A stretch of 64,000 nucleotides of DNA from Balanoglossus misakiensis (taxonomy: Eukaryota; Animalia; Hemichordata): positions 9,557,200-9,621,199 of the forward strand of contig CM082593.2 in the NCBI GenBank assembly GCA_040954595.2, in the 5' to 3' direction. The notes beneath the pieces are model-generated. The model was given only the letters and a program-made list of their open reading frames with translations, did no database searches and was not told the origin of the DNA. The first letter of the stretch is position 1, and the number at the start of each line of letters is the position of its first letter. A program made the position numbers and the translations under genes. Shown here piece by piece: positions 25,211-37,978 of the stretch.

Positions 25211-26005
25211 GATGGGTCCCCCGGTTCTTTTTGCTCGTTGCTATGGGCCTTTGTAGGACATTACACCCCGATTTGGGCTAAGCCGTTTTCAGAGTCTAAC
25301 ACGGGACCGGTAACTAGTTAAAAATCTGCACGATTGTGAGCGCGCGCCCCCTGACGCCATTGATATGCAAATTAGCTAGGTCAAATTTCAAAAGCCTAAG
25401 GCTTTTTATTCCGTGACCTCAAAAACGAACTTGATACGTATTCATTAGTTGCTTGAACCAGGGAAGATCGTGACGGATTTTGATTTCGAATATTATCGTT
25501 GTATCCTACGATTTCAGCATACCCGTACCACACCTGAAAAAGTCATCGATTTTGGGTGATTTTGGACACACTCTTCCACCGGTATCGCTTCTTAGCACGA
25601 CGAAAACCGAAAAAACGATCCGTCACACTGTGCGGAAGTGCGTTCTCAACAAGCAGGTCAAATTTGACTGGCGTACGTGGCCTATGAAAAAAGCCTTAGG
25701 GATTTTCGTGAACGGTACAAAATCTCTGTGTACAAAACATTGGATTTTTAGCGTTCGATCCAGTTACTCTGGTTACAGGACGCGCACGCCATCGCTGACC
25801 GCTGCTTTGCCGTATTAGCGTGGCGGCCTATGGCCGGGCGGTAGCTGCCGTAAACATACTCGGACAGGGGGTGTGCACACAATCGTGTGTATTTTTAACA
25901 AGTTACAAGCCCCTTGTCGGACGTTCATAACGGTTTCGATCAAAATTGAGTGTAGTGTCCCATAAAGGCCCATAGCAACGAGCAAAAAGATACGGGGGAC
26001 CCATC
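25211..26005. mobile_element. Kolobok-type MITE, 795 bp
   Basis: TTAA on both sides (25207-25210 and 26006-26009). TIR of about 42 bp, GATGGGTCCCCCG..GCTATGGGCCTTT. GA..TC termini. Confidence 0.85.
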
Positions 26006-26245
26006 TTAAAGCATGTTGAGATTTATCGTGTAATGTGCTATATAAGTAATAAATATTGTGTACAATAACACTTGTTTTATTGGAGTTTAAATGGAGCTGG
26101 GATCGAGGATGTGGGAGTTGGTCCTGGGACGAGGCTACCTCGTGGTTTTTTGCCCAGACGGACAGCGGACATTTTGTATGACGCTCGCCGAAACTGCTTT
26201 AATTTCGATCTTTCCCGGACATACCCCCAATAGTCACCAGTTACA

Positions 26246-27235
26246 ATGTCAGAAGATTACAGCTTTGTTGAATGGTGTGAAGCGGCGGGTCTTTCAAAAG
26301 ACACTATCAGCTCACTAACCACCTCCCAGGTCACATCCTCCGAAGTACTGTAGTGCCTCAGCGACCAAGACATTGTCGACCTACAACTACACATCGGTCA
26401 ACATGGACTGCTTCGCCAGTTGCGAAACAAACTATGCTCTCAAAAAGCGGAATCCAAGCCCGTGGACACGCCGAAGCCCGCCGGCGAGGCCACCAAAGAG
26501 GTAACCACACAAGACTTGGCAAAAAACAAGGCACTGAATGAGCTCCTCGAAGCCCTAGGCAACGATGCCCTCAAAGACGTCCTGTCCGACCAACCACAGG
26601 CCACAAACGCAAAGCCAGCCCCCGGGAAAGGTGAGCGAAAACCCCTACTAATTCCGGACTATGTCACCACGAAAAAGGGTTCGTTCGATCAACCAGACGA
26701 AACTGAACTGGCCGCCGACGGAGACACAAAATTAGTTATGCGAACAGCAAAACAACGACCGCGACCGGACCAAGTTTCACTGCCACAGTGGATATCAGCC
26801 AATGCCCGCATTTTAAAGGCACTGATCGCCCGCGGTATGTCCACGGAAGAGACACTGGCATATCTCGATCATACAATTAATATTGGTGACTACACTCAAT
26901 CATTCACAATCCCATCGGTCCTGACTTACGATCACGAGTGCAGGAAAAAGCAGGCTGCCGATTCGCTCGCGTGGGGAGCCGTAGACCTTCACCTGTCACT
27001 CTATCACCTTGATGAGCGGCAAGTCGCGCCTCAGCAAAAAGGGAAAAATACCACAGGCAACTCCAAAGGTCGCAGTTATGATTCGAAAGGCTAGGAAATT
27101 TGCTTCGATTTCCAAAACCCACCGGGCTGCAACCGCACCTACTGTCGTTTTGCGCACATATGCATCGAGGACGGGTGCCACAAAGATCACCCACAACACC
27201 GCCACAAATCGCTAACTTCGAACAATCATGCCTAG
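26246..27235 (+). pseudogene. Ngaro ORF1 (gag-like) with two in-frame stops
   Basis: ATG at 26246 is in frame with track ORF 26420..27094. Stops near 26350 and at 27092. C-terminal CFDFQNPPGCNRTYCRFAHIC..GC..DH zinc fingers. Confidence 0.8.
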
Positions 27236-27332
27236 GATAAGGTTGCTAGCCCTCTTACTGATCACCTGGCAACGTGGAATGATGAACTGGAAAATGACAT
27301 GGATCGCGACTTCATACTCAACGGTTTAAAAT

Positions 27333-29036
27333 TTGGTTTCGATATCATTACCCCTGGTACCCCCCTTCAAAACGTGGACAGAAAAAAACTATGCGTCATG
27401 CTCTTACCCTGCTAATCGCAAGGCAGTCGAGGAACAAATTATCCATGAGGTTGATGTGGGTAATTACCGTGTCACAGCGGAGAAGCCTCAAATAATTAGC
27501 AGTTTAGGTGCCATCCCCAAGAAAAACTCTGACAAAGTCAGACTCATACACGACTGCAGCCGCCCAGTAGGAGGCGGTGTCAACGCGTACGCTTCTACTT
27601 CAACTTTTAAATATGAAACTATAGATCACGCGGTGCAACTGTGCAAAGTTGGTTCATATCTCGCGAAAGTGGACTTGAAGTCAGCGTACCGTTCGGTCCC
27701 TATAAGCACGGACTCGCAGCGAGCTACAGGTCTCCGCTACAAATTTTCAGGACAGAATACCTCTACTTATATGGTGGACACCAGGCTACCATTCGGGGCA
27801 GCCAAAAGCCCAGAAATTTTCACCCGCATAACGCAAAGCGTCACCAGAATGATGTGCAGAAAAGGGTACCAGGCGGTAATTGTTTATCTTGATGATTTTC
27901 TGATTATAGCGGACTCCAAATTTGCTTGCGAGCAAGCATTTCTGGCTTTATTACAACTTTTACAGAACCTTGGCTTCACAATAAACTGGGACAAAGTGGT
28001 AAACCCAACACAGCAGCTGACATTTCTTGGCATAGAGATAAATGCACGCACACGGACGCTTTCCCTCAATAAGGGCAAATTACAGGACTTGAGCGACCTT
28101 TTGCAACACTGGCTTCCTAAGCGGCGAACAACCAAACGCGAACTCCAACAACTACTTGGCAAACTCAACTGGGCAGCACGGGTTATTCGCGGCGGACGCA
28201 CATTTTTGAGACGTCTTATTGACTTGTCAAACTCAGTTTCACAGCAGTCTCATCACATACGCCTTCACAGGCACGCGAGAGCGGACATCCAATGGTGGAC
28301 AAATCTGAGCAAAATTTTCAATGGTACGGCTTTCTTCATTGAGGAGACTCCGTTGCCCCAACAGGTTTTCACCACTGATGCATGCGCAATAGCGGGAGCA
28401 GGTATTTTCGCGAATGACTGGTTTTATACACAGTGGTCGGCCGACCACCCTATCTTGGCAGACATGCACATCAACTTACAGGAACTGTATACAGTCCTGA
28501 TTGCATGCAGGCGATGGTGTTGTTTCTGGGACAAACGCCACATAGTGGTATATACAGACAATACCACAACCATGTACGCCATTAACTCTGGTACATCCCG
28601 CAACAAAGCGGCTATGGAATGGCTTCGCGAGTTGTTCTGGCTGTCGGCACTATTTAATTTCCACATCACAGCCCGATACGTGAGCACCAAGGACAACAGC
28701 GCAGACTCCTTATCGCGTTTACACTCTGCCAAACACTACTTCACAGCAGTGAACCTTCTCGCCAATCACCAGCTACACCCGCTAAGAGATTGGTATCGCC
28801 ATATGACGGATGCTTCTTACTCTCTTCTACTTCAGGGCCTGTGCAGCAACAGTTACACCAGCTGGATATGGACATCGGCAAATACAAGCACGCAGCATAT
28901 GCAGAATCAACAAAGAAAACATACAGCTCTCAACGTACTGCCTACCTCCGGTTTTGTCTCTACTTCGGCCTCAGGCCTGTGCCCTGCACGCAACTCACCG
29001 TCTGCAGATACATTGTCTTCCTGGCTCGGTCACTAA
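27333..29036 (+). CDS. RT-RNase H of Ngaro element 1 (N-terminus probably frameshifted)
   Basis: RLIHDCS, KVDLKSAY, RLPFG, YLDDF; RNase H motifs TTDAC, YTDN, ADSLSR. Confidence 0.9.
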   Translation: MVSISLPLVPPFKTWTEKNYASCSYPANRKAVEEQIIHEVDVGNYRVTAEKPQIISSLGAIPKKNSDKVRLIHDCSRPVGGGVNAYASTSTFKYETIDHAVQLCKVGSYLAKVDLKSAYRSVPISTDSQRATGLRYKFSGQNTSTYMVDTRLPFGAAKSPEIFTRITQSVTRMMCRKGYQAVIVYLDDFLIIADSKFACEQAFLALLQLLQNLGFTINWDKVVNPTQQLTFLGIEINARTRTLSLNKGKLQDLSDLLQHWLPKRRTTKRELQQLLGKLNWAARVIRGGRTFLRRLIDLSNSVSQQSHHIRLHRHARADIQWWTNLSKIFNGTAFFIEETPLPQQVFTTDACAIAGAGIFANDWFYTQWSADHPILADMHINLQELYTVLIACRRWCCFWDKRHIVVYTDNTTTMYAINSGTSRNKAAMEWLRELFWLSALFNFHITARYVSTKDNSADSLSRLHSAKHYFTAVNLLANHQLHPLRDWYRHMTDASYSLLLQGLCSNSYTSWIWTSANTSTQHMQNQQRKHTALNVLPTSGFVSTSASGLCPARNSPSADTLSSWLGH

Positions 29037-29836
29037 AACCTAGTAGCCTCCCAGGATATTTGAACATTATTAGACTCTTACATGCTGAAGCTGGCTACGC
29101 CAACCCTTTAGAGAACAACTGGCTCCTTTGTATTTTGAAGCGGGGCATAGCTAGGACTCACAGGGTCCCACCCAGCCAAAAACTGCCAATCTCGCCTTCA
29201 ATACTGAAGGACATTCACTCACACCTGGATCTGTCAATCCCCTTCAATGCCACATTTTGGTGCGCTTGTCTTTTCGCATTTTTCACCTTCGCCAGAAAGT
29301 CCACATTGTTGTTAAAAGATCAAACACTGCCAAATTCCAGTAAGTAATTGCGCAGAGATGATGTGTCCGTTCACAACGGTCTGGCTACCATTACGGTCCG
29401 CCACACAAAAACTATCCAGTATGGCCAACGAGTACTAGAGTTGCCCCTTCAACAAATTGCCAACTCCTGCCTATGTCCGGTGGCAGCTTTCCACCAGATG
29501 CTTCATCTCTCCCCATCAGAGGAACCTCATACCCATTTATTTTCATATCGACCATCAGTCAATGCACCCACATCCTGCCCTCAGGTTCTCACTCATTCAA
29601 AGTTTACAAAGACACTCAGACTAGTCCTGAGCAATTGTGGCTACAAACCATCCCTGTATTCGGGTCATTCATTTCGCAGGGGAGGGGCAACATTTGCGGT
29701 GAACTTGGGTATTCCCCCTCTTCTCATCAAATTACAAGGCGGCTGGAGCTCAAATGCCTTCAAACGCTATACTGTCATTTCCTCGGAAACCAAATGTAGA
29801 GTCGCCAAATCCCTGGCGTTAGCCTTATCAGATTAG
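28790..29836 (+). pseudogene. Tyrosine recombinase of Ngaro element 1, with one in-frame stop at 29345-29347
   Basis: Two abutting same-frame ORFs. Motifs FARKS, HTKT, GHSFRRGGAT and GGWSSNAFKRY. Confidence 0.9.
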
Positions 29837-30349
29837 TAAGGGCGCTAGCACGCACTGCCTGTGTTGGGGGTATTGTTTGGCGGTTTTTCAGGCTATTTAG
29901 CCGGTCAACATGAGAAATTAAACTAGTTGACCTTTACCCCCAACACTTGTGTCTGTTTTATTAGTTTGTTAGTGATAGTAGTGTTGCCATTTAAGTGTAC
30001 AATAACACTTGTTTTATTGGAGTTTAAATGGAGCTGGGATCGAGGATGTGGGAGTTGGTCCTGGGACGAGGCTACCTCGTGGTTTTTTTGCCCAGACGGA
30101 CAGCGGACATTCCCCACCCTCCCTCCCATTGTTTAAAAAAATACGATAATGTTATTAAAAGTTAAGAGCTTTATCGTTAGAAGCGCTTTTAGTGTTACAT
30201 GCTTCGCCTCTGCATTCTGTAATTCCTGTTCTGGCGGTTTTTCAGGCTATTTAGCCGGTCAACATGAGAAATTAAAATAGTTGACCTTTACCCCCAACAC
30301 TTGTGTCTGTTTTATTAGTTTGTTAGTGATAGTAGTGCTGCCATTTAAA

Positions 30350-31560
30350 TATTAATATTATAACATAAACGACACTCTTACTTAGCATAGGAATTGGTCA
30401 GGTGAACTATATTCGCAGAGCTGACCAATTGTTTAAGTAAAATTCAAGTTGGGTAATATGGACGTATTCACATTTACAAACTGTGCTATGTATGGGATAG
30501 TGATGTTGCCTAATTTGAACGTCTCCACATTTACTTGAATTCTAGTAGTAGCTAAACAAGGCTGCCTATAAAAAGATCATTGTGAAACATACACAACACT
30601 TTTATTGAGCATGGGAAATGTTAATGAGAACTGTGTTCTCGGAGCTCACAAACAGTGTTATGGGAAATTCAAGCTGCTAAACTTGCATGTCTCTACATTT
30701 ACTGAAATTCTGATTATGAGCTAAATAAGGCAATGTATGGGAATGTCATTTTACCGCGTACTGTCACACAACATTTCTATTTAGCACGGGAAATAGTCTT
30801 AAGAACAGTATTCTCAGAGTTGACAAACTGTGTTATGTGTAGGATATTCAAGTTGCCTAATTGACAATTGTTAGCAACCAGTTGTCTTCAAGAAGGTTTG
30901 GGGCACCAACCTCAACGTGCTTTATTCTCACTACATTTAGGTACCCAGGTATGCTAGATGGTTTTAGTGATCTATAAAGTTACCTTGTATATTGAGCAAC
31001 TGTTAACTTGGAGTGTTGCTCAATGATAGGAAAGTCCTTTGTTCATTTTCAAAAATGTGAACAAAACACACTGAGTTATGTACGGGATATTGATGTTGCC
31101 TAATTTGCATGTCTCCACATTTACTTAAACTCTAAAAGGGAGACAAATGTCGCAGCAGAGGGAAAATAATTATGCCACACGCAACACATTTATTGAGCAT
31201 GGGAAATGTTCATGAGAACTGTCTTATGAGAATTCTCAGGGCTCACAAACTGTGTTATAGGAAATCTGACAAGGAATCCAAACTGTAACACATACACAAC
31301 ATTGTTATTTAGCCTGGGAAATGGTCCTGAGAACAATATTCTCAGAGTTGACAAACTGTGTTATGTGCATGTTATATTGATGTTGTCTAATTTGTACGCC
31401 TGTACATTTATTAATACTCTGACAGTGAGCTTAATAACGCAGCGCCGGCTAAGGTCATGTTGCCATGTACACAACATTTTTAATTAGCATAGGTAATGGT
31501 CATGATAACTTCATTTGCAGAGCTGTCAAACTGTGTTATGTGAAATTCATGTTGCCTTTT
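30350..31560. repeat. Old degenerate tandem repeat, period about 175 bp
   Basis: ACAAACTGTGTTATG..GTTGCCTAATTTGCATGTCTCCACATTTACT-like motif near 30477, 30649, 30823, 31069, 31245, 31351 and 31527. Confidence 0.7.
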
Positions 31561-33008
31561 TCGTGATGATGGCTTGTGGTACACAAGGGTTAACAGCAAT
31601 CAGCAATTGCTTGTATGAAGGGTATGATGATTGGTTTACAAATGTGAATGGTATAATAATGGGCAACACACGTGGAAGGGTTTAATAAACAGTTAACAAA
31701 TGTGGTGATGGTTTGCGGTAAAATTGAGTGTACACAGATTATAATGGGCCAAACAATGAGTATAATAAAGATAATTGCACTGTGCATGTCCCGCACTTTG
31801 GCCCCTCACTATTGTATTTTCGACACCCTTACATACCTTTTAATGATGGTGAAGGGTTTTATGTGAATGGTGTAATAAAGGTTAACAAATGTGGTGATAG
31901 CTTTGGTGTACAGGCTGTAAATATTGATAGTAATGACAAAGGTATAATAATAAAAGCTTAAATAAGTGTCGGGGTATACTCATCATGATGGTTCGTTCAT
32001 TGGTTAATGTGTATATTTTATGAATAACATGCTATTGTTTCTCAGATAGTTCATAATCAGGATTTTTCCATGCACATCGTCATCATGATTCAGTGGAATT
32101 CTTCGGAATGGTACCTGTGATCATTTTCACGCACCGACACACTGTACGCGGCAGACATGCAGAAAATATTAACACGTAACTCGCACGCATAATGTTAAAT
32201 CTAAACGACTATATGTTAGGTTAGCTTCAACTCCCCACCCCATCCACATTCCACATTTAGCTTGCAGTGAGGTTTTGGGGTAGTACCGATTGGGAAACTT
32301 CAAGGTTCATTCACTGTATCAAATATTGGATTTGTCACACTGTGTCTGGGGTGGGTAAAACATGGAGAAATGTTGTCAGTAAACTTTAACCAGGCAGGTC
32401 ACATGAAAGGAAGATTTTATTGTTTGAGTTCGATGACATACATGATAAGATTTGTCACTTTTGACACCTTTTTGCAATTTGACTTAGACGCAGATGTATC
32501 TTTTCATTTGGACACTGTTATGTTTACTGACTCGGTGAGATCAGGTAACGTTTTGTGTAACTCTTTTAATGAGAAACTTCAACTGGAACACGAACACAAC
32601 AACTGTACGTTCTGCTAGTACAAGATGGCAGCCATGAACGCAGGGAAAAAACATGACCTTACAATGTCATATAAACTCTGCTAGAGGGCGCTCTATCAAA
32701 GCATTGCATGTGGTATGCTATAGTGGGTTATAGGCATATCATAACATCCCCCTCCTTAAGCTGGATAGCAAACTTGTGAAAAGTGTATTGCGATAAATGT
32801 TCAGACACAGAGTCCATAATGTTCTATCAACTGAGAGTTCCTATCAGTCTATGAATTCATGCAAACAGTGTTCATTGTAATGTTCAAATAACGCTAAAGT
32901 TTTGACACTGGGAATAACACCAACACTGTGAAATGTACTGCAAGATTTTCAGCTTTGTGAAATGTTTTAACAAGAATGCAACATCAACAACTAATGGTCT
33001 CTGGTGAT

Positions 33009-36000
33009 TCACGAGAGTACAAAATCATCGAATTTGCTCGGTAGTTTACTGTTCCGCTTTGGGCGATCCACAGAACAAGGAGCAAGTGTTTCTTGAGCGG
33101 TGTCTGCCTTGAGTGCACATCTGACATCTGGCTGGCGATCACCTGTTTCATCAGTTGCAGTGCGGCTGGATGCTGCATTGTGGTGCGGTTGGTGCGTGGG
33201 CTTTACATGAACTAAATCATGCTGATATTGAACTCCCTCCGGGGTCCGGATGGTGTATCTGCGATCAGACGACTTGTCAATCACCGTAGCTGGTTGCCAG
33301 GTTGACTTTGGTGTCTTCTGAAATCTGCATGGGGAGCCAATATGGAGTGGCATTTTTTCAGCATGTCCTCCATGAGGTATGTAAGAGGTCAAAACTCGGT
33401 AGTCTGCACCAGGTTCTGCGCCAGGCGCATTTTCATAAAAGGGAACTCTGCGCCATGTGTTTGCACCATGCATTCTGCGCCACCCTTTGCGCCAAGCGAT
33501 CTGCGCCACCCTATTCACGTACGTGCATGTGTAGGATGGACGGTAACAACGCAGCGTCCCAGTACACGCACAATATACACGTTTGTACATTACATGTTTA
33601 TTTCAAATGAAAGGTAATTAAAAAGAACTTTTGTACAGCGTGTAATTTCTGAAAATTGTTGAGAAAAAAAAAGTAAATTCAAGTTCGTTCGCGGGCTGAA
33701 TGGGTTAACAGGAACAGTTGGTTTCCTGGAAACTACTGATAACTTCGTAAACAACGTTCAGTCTATTATTTCTTCAGAAAACCGTTGAGAGATGATTGTT
33801 TTAGGGAACATCGCTTCTGCACAATGGCGTTCGGTCATCGATTTCAAATTCTGGATTTCGGTGAGATAGCGAGTCGCCATCTGGGTCGACGTTTTCAGTG
33901 TTGTCACTCATGTTTTACTGTCATAATTAATATTCACCGATAAGATTAATAAATCGCCGCCCTAGTCGACACTACGTGGCCTCACTGTAGGTTGTATTGT
34001 TTACAACAGAGATTCACACCTCGCCAAGGGGTGGCTTATCAGTAAATTGCTAACGAAGTGTTGACAAACCGTCGTCTTGACTATTGTTCGGAAGACAGGA
34101 AAACCAAAATTAGCACATCGTTGCGGTAATTTTTGATGAAAGACATGATGTCAACCTTTTCAATGAAGTGATCGGTTGAATTTGAGGGGTGGGACCGACC
34201 AACGCTGTCGGTGTTCGAAGTGGCAATGATCACTTTACGTGATGTCATCACGAGAATGCGTCGCGTTATCGACCAAAATTCGTGTAATAACCCCTTTATC
34301 GTACATGCCTACCTATAAAACAGTACGATTTGTGAAAATGCACCGAGAAAAACAATTTCACGGCCAGAAATTTGAACAGGACGTCCTGAGATCACAGCAG
34401 TAGCCCATAGCCAAGTGAAACTGGGCGATGCGATCAGGTGATCAACGTGTAGGCAGTAGTATCATTCTAAGGGGCTGGCAGCTTCAATTACGATGGGCAC
34501 ATCCGCATTCTGAATAAAATTGTCTACGTTCTCTTTCCAAATAACAAGTTAACAATTATTTTGCATTGAGAAATACGACGCAAGAAAAATGATACATTCA
34601 ACATGGCAAAACCACCAGGTTTGAAAACGTTATTACATGCTTTATTTTTATCGATCGTCCATCAATGGTCCCCTAGGACTGCGAGGCGAACGCGAACGAG
34701 ACCCAGGCTCCACTGGGACGCCGCGTTGTTGCCGTCCATCCTACACATGCACGTACGTACGCAGATCGCTTGGCGCAAAGGGTGGCGCAGAATGCATGGT
34801 GCAAACACATGGCGCAGAGTTCCCTTTTATGAAAATGCGCCTGGCGCAGAACCTGGTGCAGACTACCGAGTTTTGACCTCTTACATACCTGCCTCCATTT
34901 GAGTTTGCTCGCTGCTCGATTCTGTCTCTGTAGACATCTGAGGCTGGTTGATGACCGTACCGGTACTGTATGAATGGAAGATTTGTCTCCACCTTTCTGC
35001 CGGGGAACATCAACGCGAATGGAGACGGAACGTCTGCTGTGATGGGTGTATCACGTAGCGTTGTGAGGATTTCTCTCAGGTTTTCCTCTCCTTTCTTGAG
35101 CGACTTTTAAGCATGGCTTTCACCGTGCCTCTTCCTGCACGCCCATTCGCTTGTTGGTGATAGGGTGCACTGGTGGAATACCATATTTCATGGGATCTGC
35201 AGTACTCGTGGTATCATTCCTCACTTATGAGTTGTGAGCCGTTGTCGGAAATCAATTTCTCGGGGTAGCCGAAATTGGAGAAAATTTCGTCTAGCTTGCC
35301 GATGACTGTTGAGCTTCGTGTGTTGGGTAGCCTGTTTGCCCAGACGAAACCTGTGTAGTAGTCAACGCTAAGCAGGTACTGAGATGACTCAAACTCGAAT
35401 AAGTCGCTGCCAATCGTCTGCATGGCTTCAATGCTGTGGATTGGTTGTACTGGAAGCTTGGTTTGGCTTCGCTGATATGACATGATATGATATGATATTG
35501 GTTACAGTCGCGTACCATGTTTTCGATGTCTGCGTTCAGACCGGGCCAGTACACTGATTGTCGGGCTCGAAGTCTGGTTTTCTCGACACCTTGGTGCTGT
35601 TGGTGAAGTACTTGTAGGATGTGTTGACTCATACTGGACGGTATGACGATTCTGTGACCTTTCAGCACAACACCCTTAGAGCGATGCTGTCAGTATGCGT
35701 GGGCTGTTTCGTTGCACTGGTTCTTCTCTTTCGGCCATCCGTTTGTTATGTACACAGACAATGACTGAAGAACTGAGTCAGCGTCAGTCAGTTGGCGGAT
35801 CCGATCTATGACAAAGGGCTTCATAGTGGAAATTTCGTGCACATGAACATCAACATCAGGAAACTGATATGTGGTCTGCTTCGTGTCTACGCATCTGGAA
35901 AAACAGTCGGCGAGTGGTACGTCCTGACCTGGGACGTAATGGATAGCGTACTTGTATCCCTGTATGTGTAGAATCAGTCTCTGCAGCCTAACTGGCATCT

Positions 36001-37978
36001 TGCAAATTTGCTTCTTTGCTATCGCTTCTAGTATAGTGGCTTGTGGTCGGTGTGAATGGTATAACGTCTACTAAACACGTAGTGCTTGAAGTGTATCGTT
36101 GCCCATACAACAGCTAACATCTCGCGTTCTATGTTGCTGTAGTTAGACTCAGCGGGGGTGAGGGCTTTCGATGCGAAATGGATTGGTTTGCCATTCTGCA
36201 GTAACACAGCACCTAGACCTTTGCATGATGCATCACACTGGATCACGATTTCTTTGCTAGCGTCGAAGTAGGTAAGTACTGGCGCTTTGGTGATAGCATT
36301 TATCCTGTGTAGTGCTTGGTCGTGGCTTTCAGACCAAATAAACAGGACGTCTTTCTGTAGTAGTTTTCTGAGTGGTTCAGTCAGTGGACTCAGCTTCACG
36401 AACTTTGACAGATAGTTTACGAGACTGAGGAGTGACTGTAGCTCTTGTTTGTTTGTTGGCGCTTTCAGTTTCTGGATTGCAGCCACTTTAGATGGGTCGG
36501 GCGATACTCCATCTTTGCTCAGGATGTGTCCGAACAGCTTAACTCTGTCTTTGTTAAACTGACATTTCTCGCCGTTGAGCTTGACATTGTTCTGTCTGCA
36601 GGCTTTCATGACATTTTGTATGGCTATGTCATGCTGTTGTCTGGATTCGGCAGCAATGAGGATGTCATCCTTTATGCAGTATTCATTGCTGACCTTCTGG
36701 AAAATCCGATCCAGCTCAATCTTGAATACTTCTTGGGCTGAGATGAGTCCAAACGGTAGGCGTGTGAAGCAATATCTGCCGTATATAGTGCTGAATGTGG
36801 TGAGGAGTTGCGATTCCTCATCAAGTGGGATATTCCAATATCCGCTTCTGAGATCAAGTGTTGAGAAGTACTTTGCGTTCTTCAGCTCTGGATGAATGTC
36901 ATCAAGAGTTTTCGCGTAGTAGTGTGGACGTTTGATGAACTTGTTAAGTTCGCGTGGGTCCAGACATATGCGTAGGGATCCGTCAGCCTTTGTGACAAGT
37001 ACAATGTTGTTGACCCATTCAGTCGGTTCCTGTACTTCCCTGATGACGCCGATTTCAATCAGACGGTCAAGTTCTTGTCTGAGAGGGGTTTTCAGTGCGT
37101 CGGGTGTTCTCCTTGTTGCGTTAACTGTGGGCACTGCTCCATCAGACAGCTGGATTTTGTGTTCATTTTGGATTTTGCCAACACCTTCGAACACATCAGC
37201 GTTGTCATTGATGAAATGTTCCTTGCTGGTGTACGATGCGATTTCTTTCACATCGAATTTCTCAAAGCAGCTGTGTCTATCACAGGGAAATTTCACAAGT
37301 CCTAGCTTGGCGCATAAGCTGAGGCCGAGTAGGTTGTTCCCCTGTTCTGAGATGAAGGACACGACGTTAAGTAGACGGGCGTTTTGATGCTCGATGACCG
37401 GGACAGTTACTTTCCCATGGTTTGGGAAACGTTTGCCTCCATATCCGCTAAGACGCATATCAGTTGTGTCTGGCTTGTGGTTTGGGCCAAACAGTGTTCG
37501 GTATGTGGTATAGTCATGCGTTTTCTTATCATGCTGATCAGCTGGTTGAGTGTTTTTATTGGTGGTAGAGCGGCATTTCTTTGCCCAGTGGTTGCGTTTG
37601 CCACATTTCCTGCAGTCCTGTCCGAAAGCTGGACATTTTCTTGGCGGGTGGTCCAGGCCACAGTTTCTGCATTCCCCACCTGTGTTTTGCTTCAGCTTGC
37701 TTTGTTTGTGGTTATGCACCTTCGCCCTGGCGGAGTGTACAACTTCTCCTGGTTCAGGCGGCGTTGCTTGCCCCATAGTCTTCAGTGCAGATACATGCGC
37801 ATTGGCGGCTTCATAAGTTCTACCGAGGGCTATGGCTTCATTGAGCGTGTATTTTTTAGGCTTTGTTAACAGCTCTTTCTGGAACTCAAGTATTGGCGTA
37901 GCGGCAATGATTAAATAGGTCGAAGGATTCAGTTAAATTGTCCGACTCCCAGTTCATAACCGGTATTTTGTTTGCCAT
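33009..37978 (-). pseudogene. Gypsy gag-pol, internally deleted, frameshifted and interrupted
   Basis: Double knuckle CRNCG..H...CPAFGQDCRKCG..NH...C. RT motifs LRICLDPRELN, RLPFG, KDD. RNase H motifs CDAS, YSNIERE, TDHKPL. Integrase pieces HQGVEKTRLRAR and ISDNG. Protease active site not seen. Confidence 0.9.
33374..34891. mobile_element. Non-autonomous TIR DNA transposon nested in the gypsy integrase
   Basis: TIRs of about 180-190 bp, (C/G)AGGTATGTAAGAGGTC.., containing repeated TGCGCCA/TGCACCA. 7-bp TSD CCTCCAT (33367-33373 and 34892-34898). Confidence 0.88.

Larger units (their letters stand above)
26058..30348 (+). mobile_element. Ngaro-type YR retrotransposon 1 (split direct repeats A1-ORFs-B1-A2-B2)
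   Basis: A1 26058-26173 matches A2 29995-30111. B1 29878-29994 matches B2 30232-30348. Gag, RT/RNase H and YR are present; no methyltransferase is visible. Confidence 0.93.

Noticed and set aside
23017-26005. piggyBac assignment for the two TTAA elements
   Set aside because: Termini are AG..CT and GA..TC rather than CC..GG.
33009-35013. Shared peptide QIAWRKGWRRMHGANTW in ORFs on opposite strands
   Set aside because: Produced by the two TIRs of the nested DNA element.
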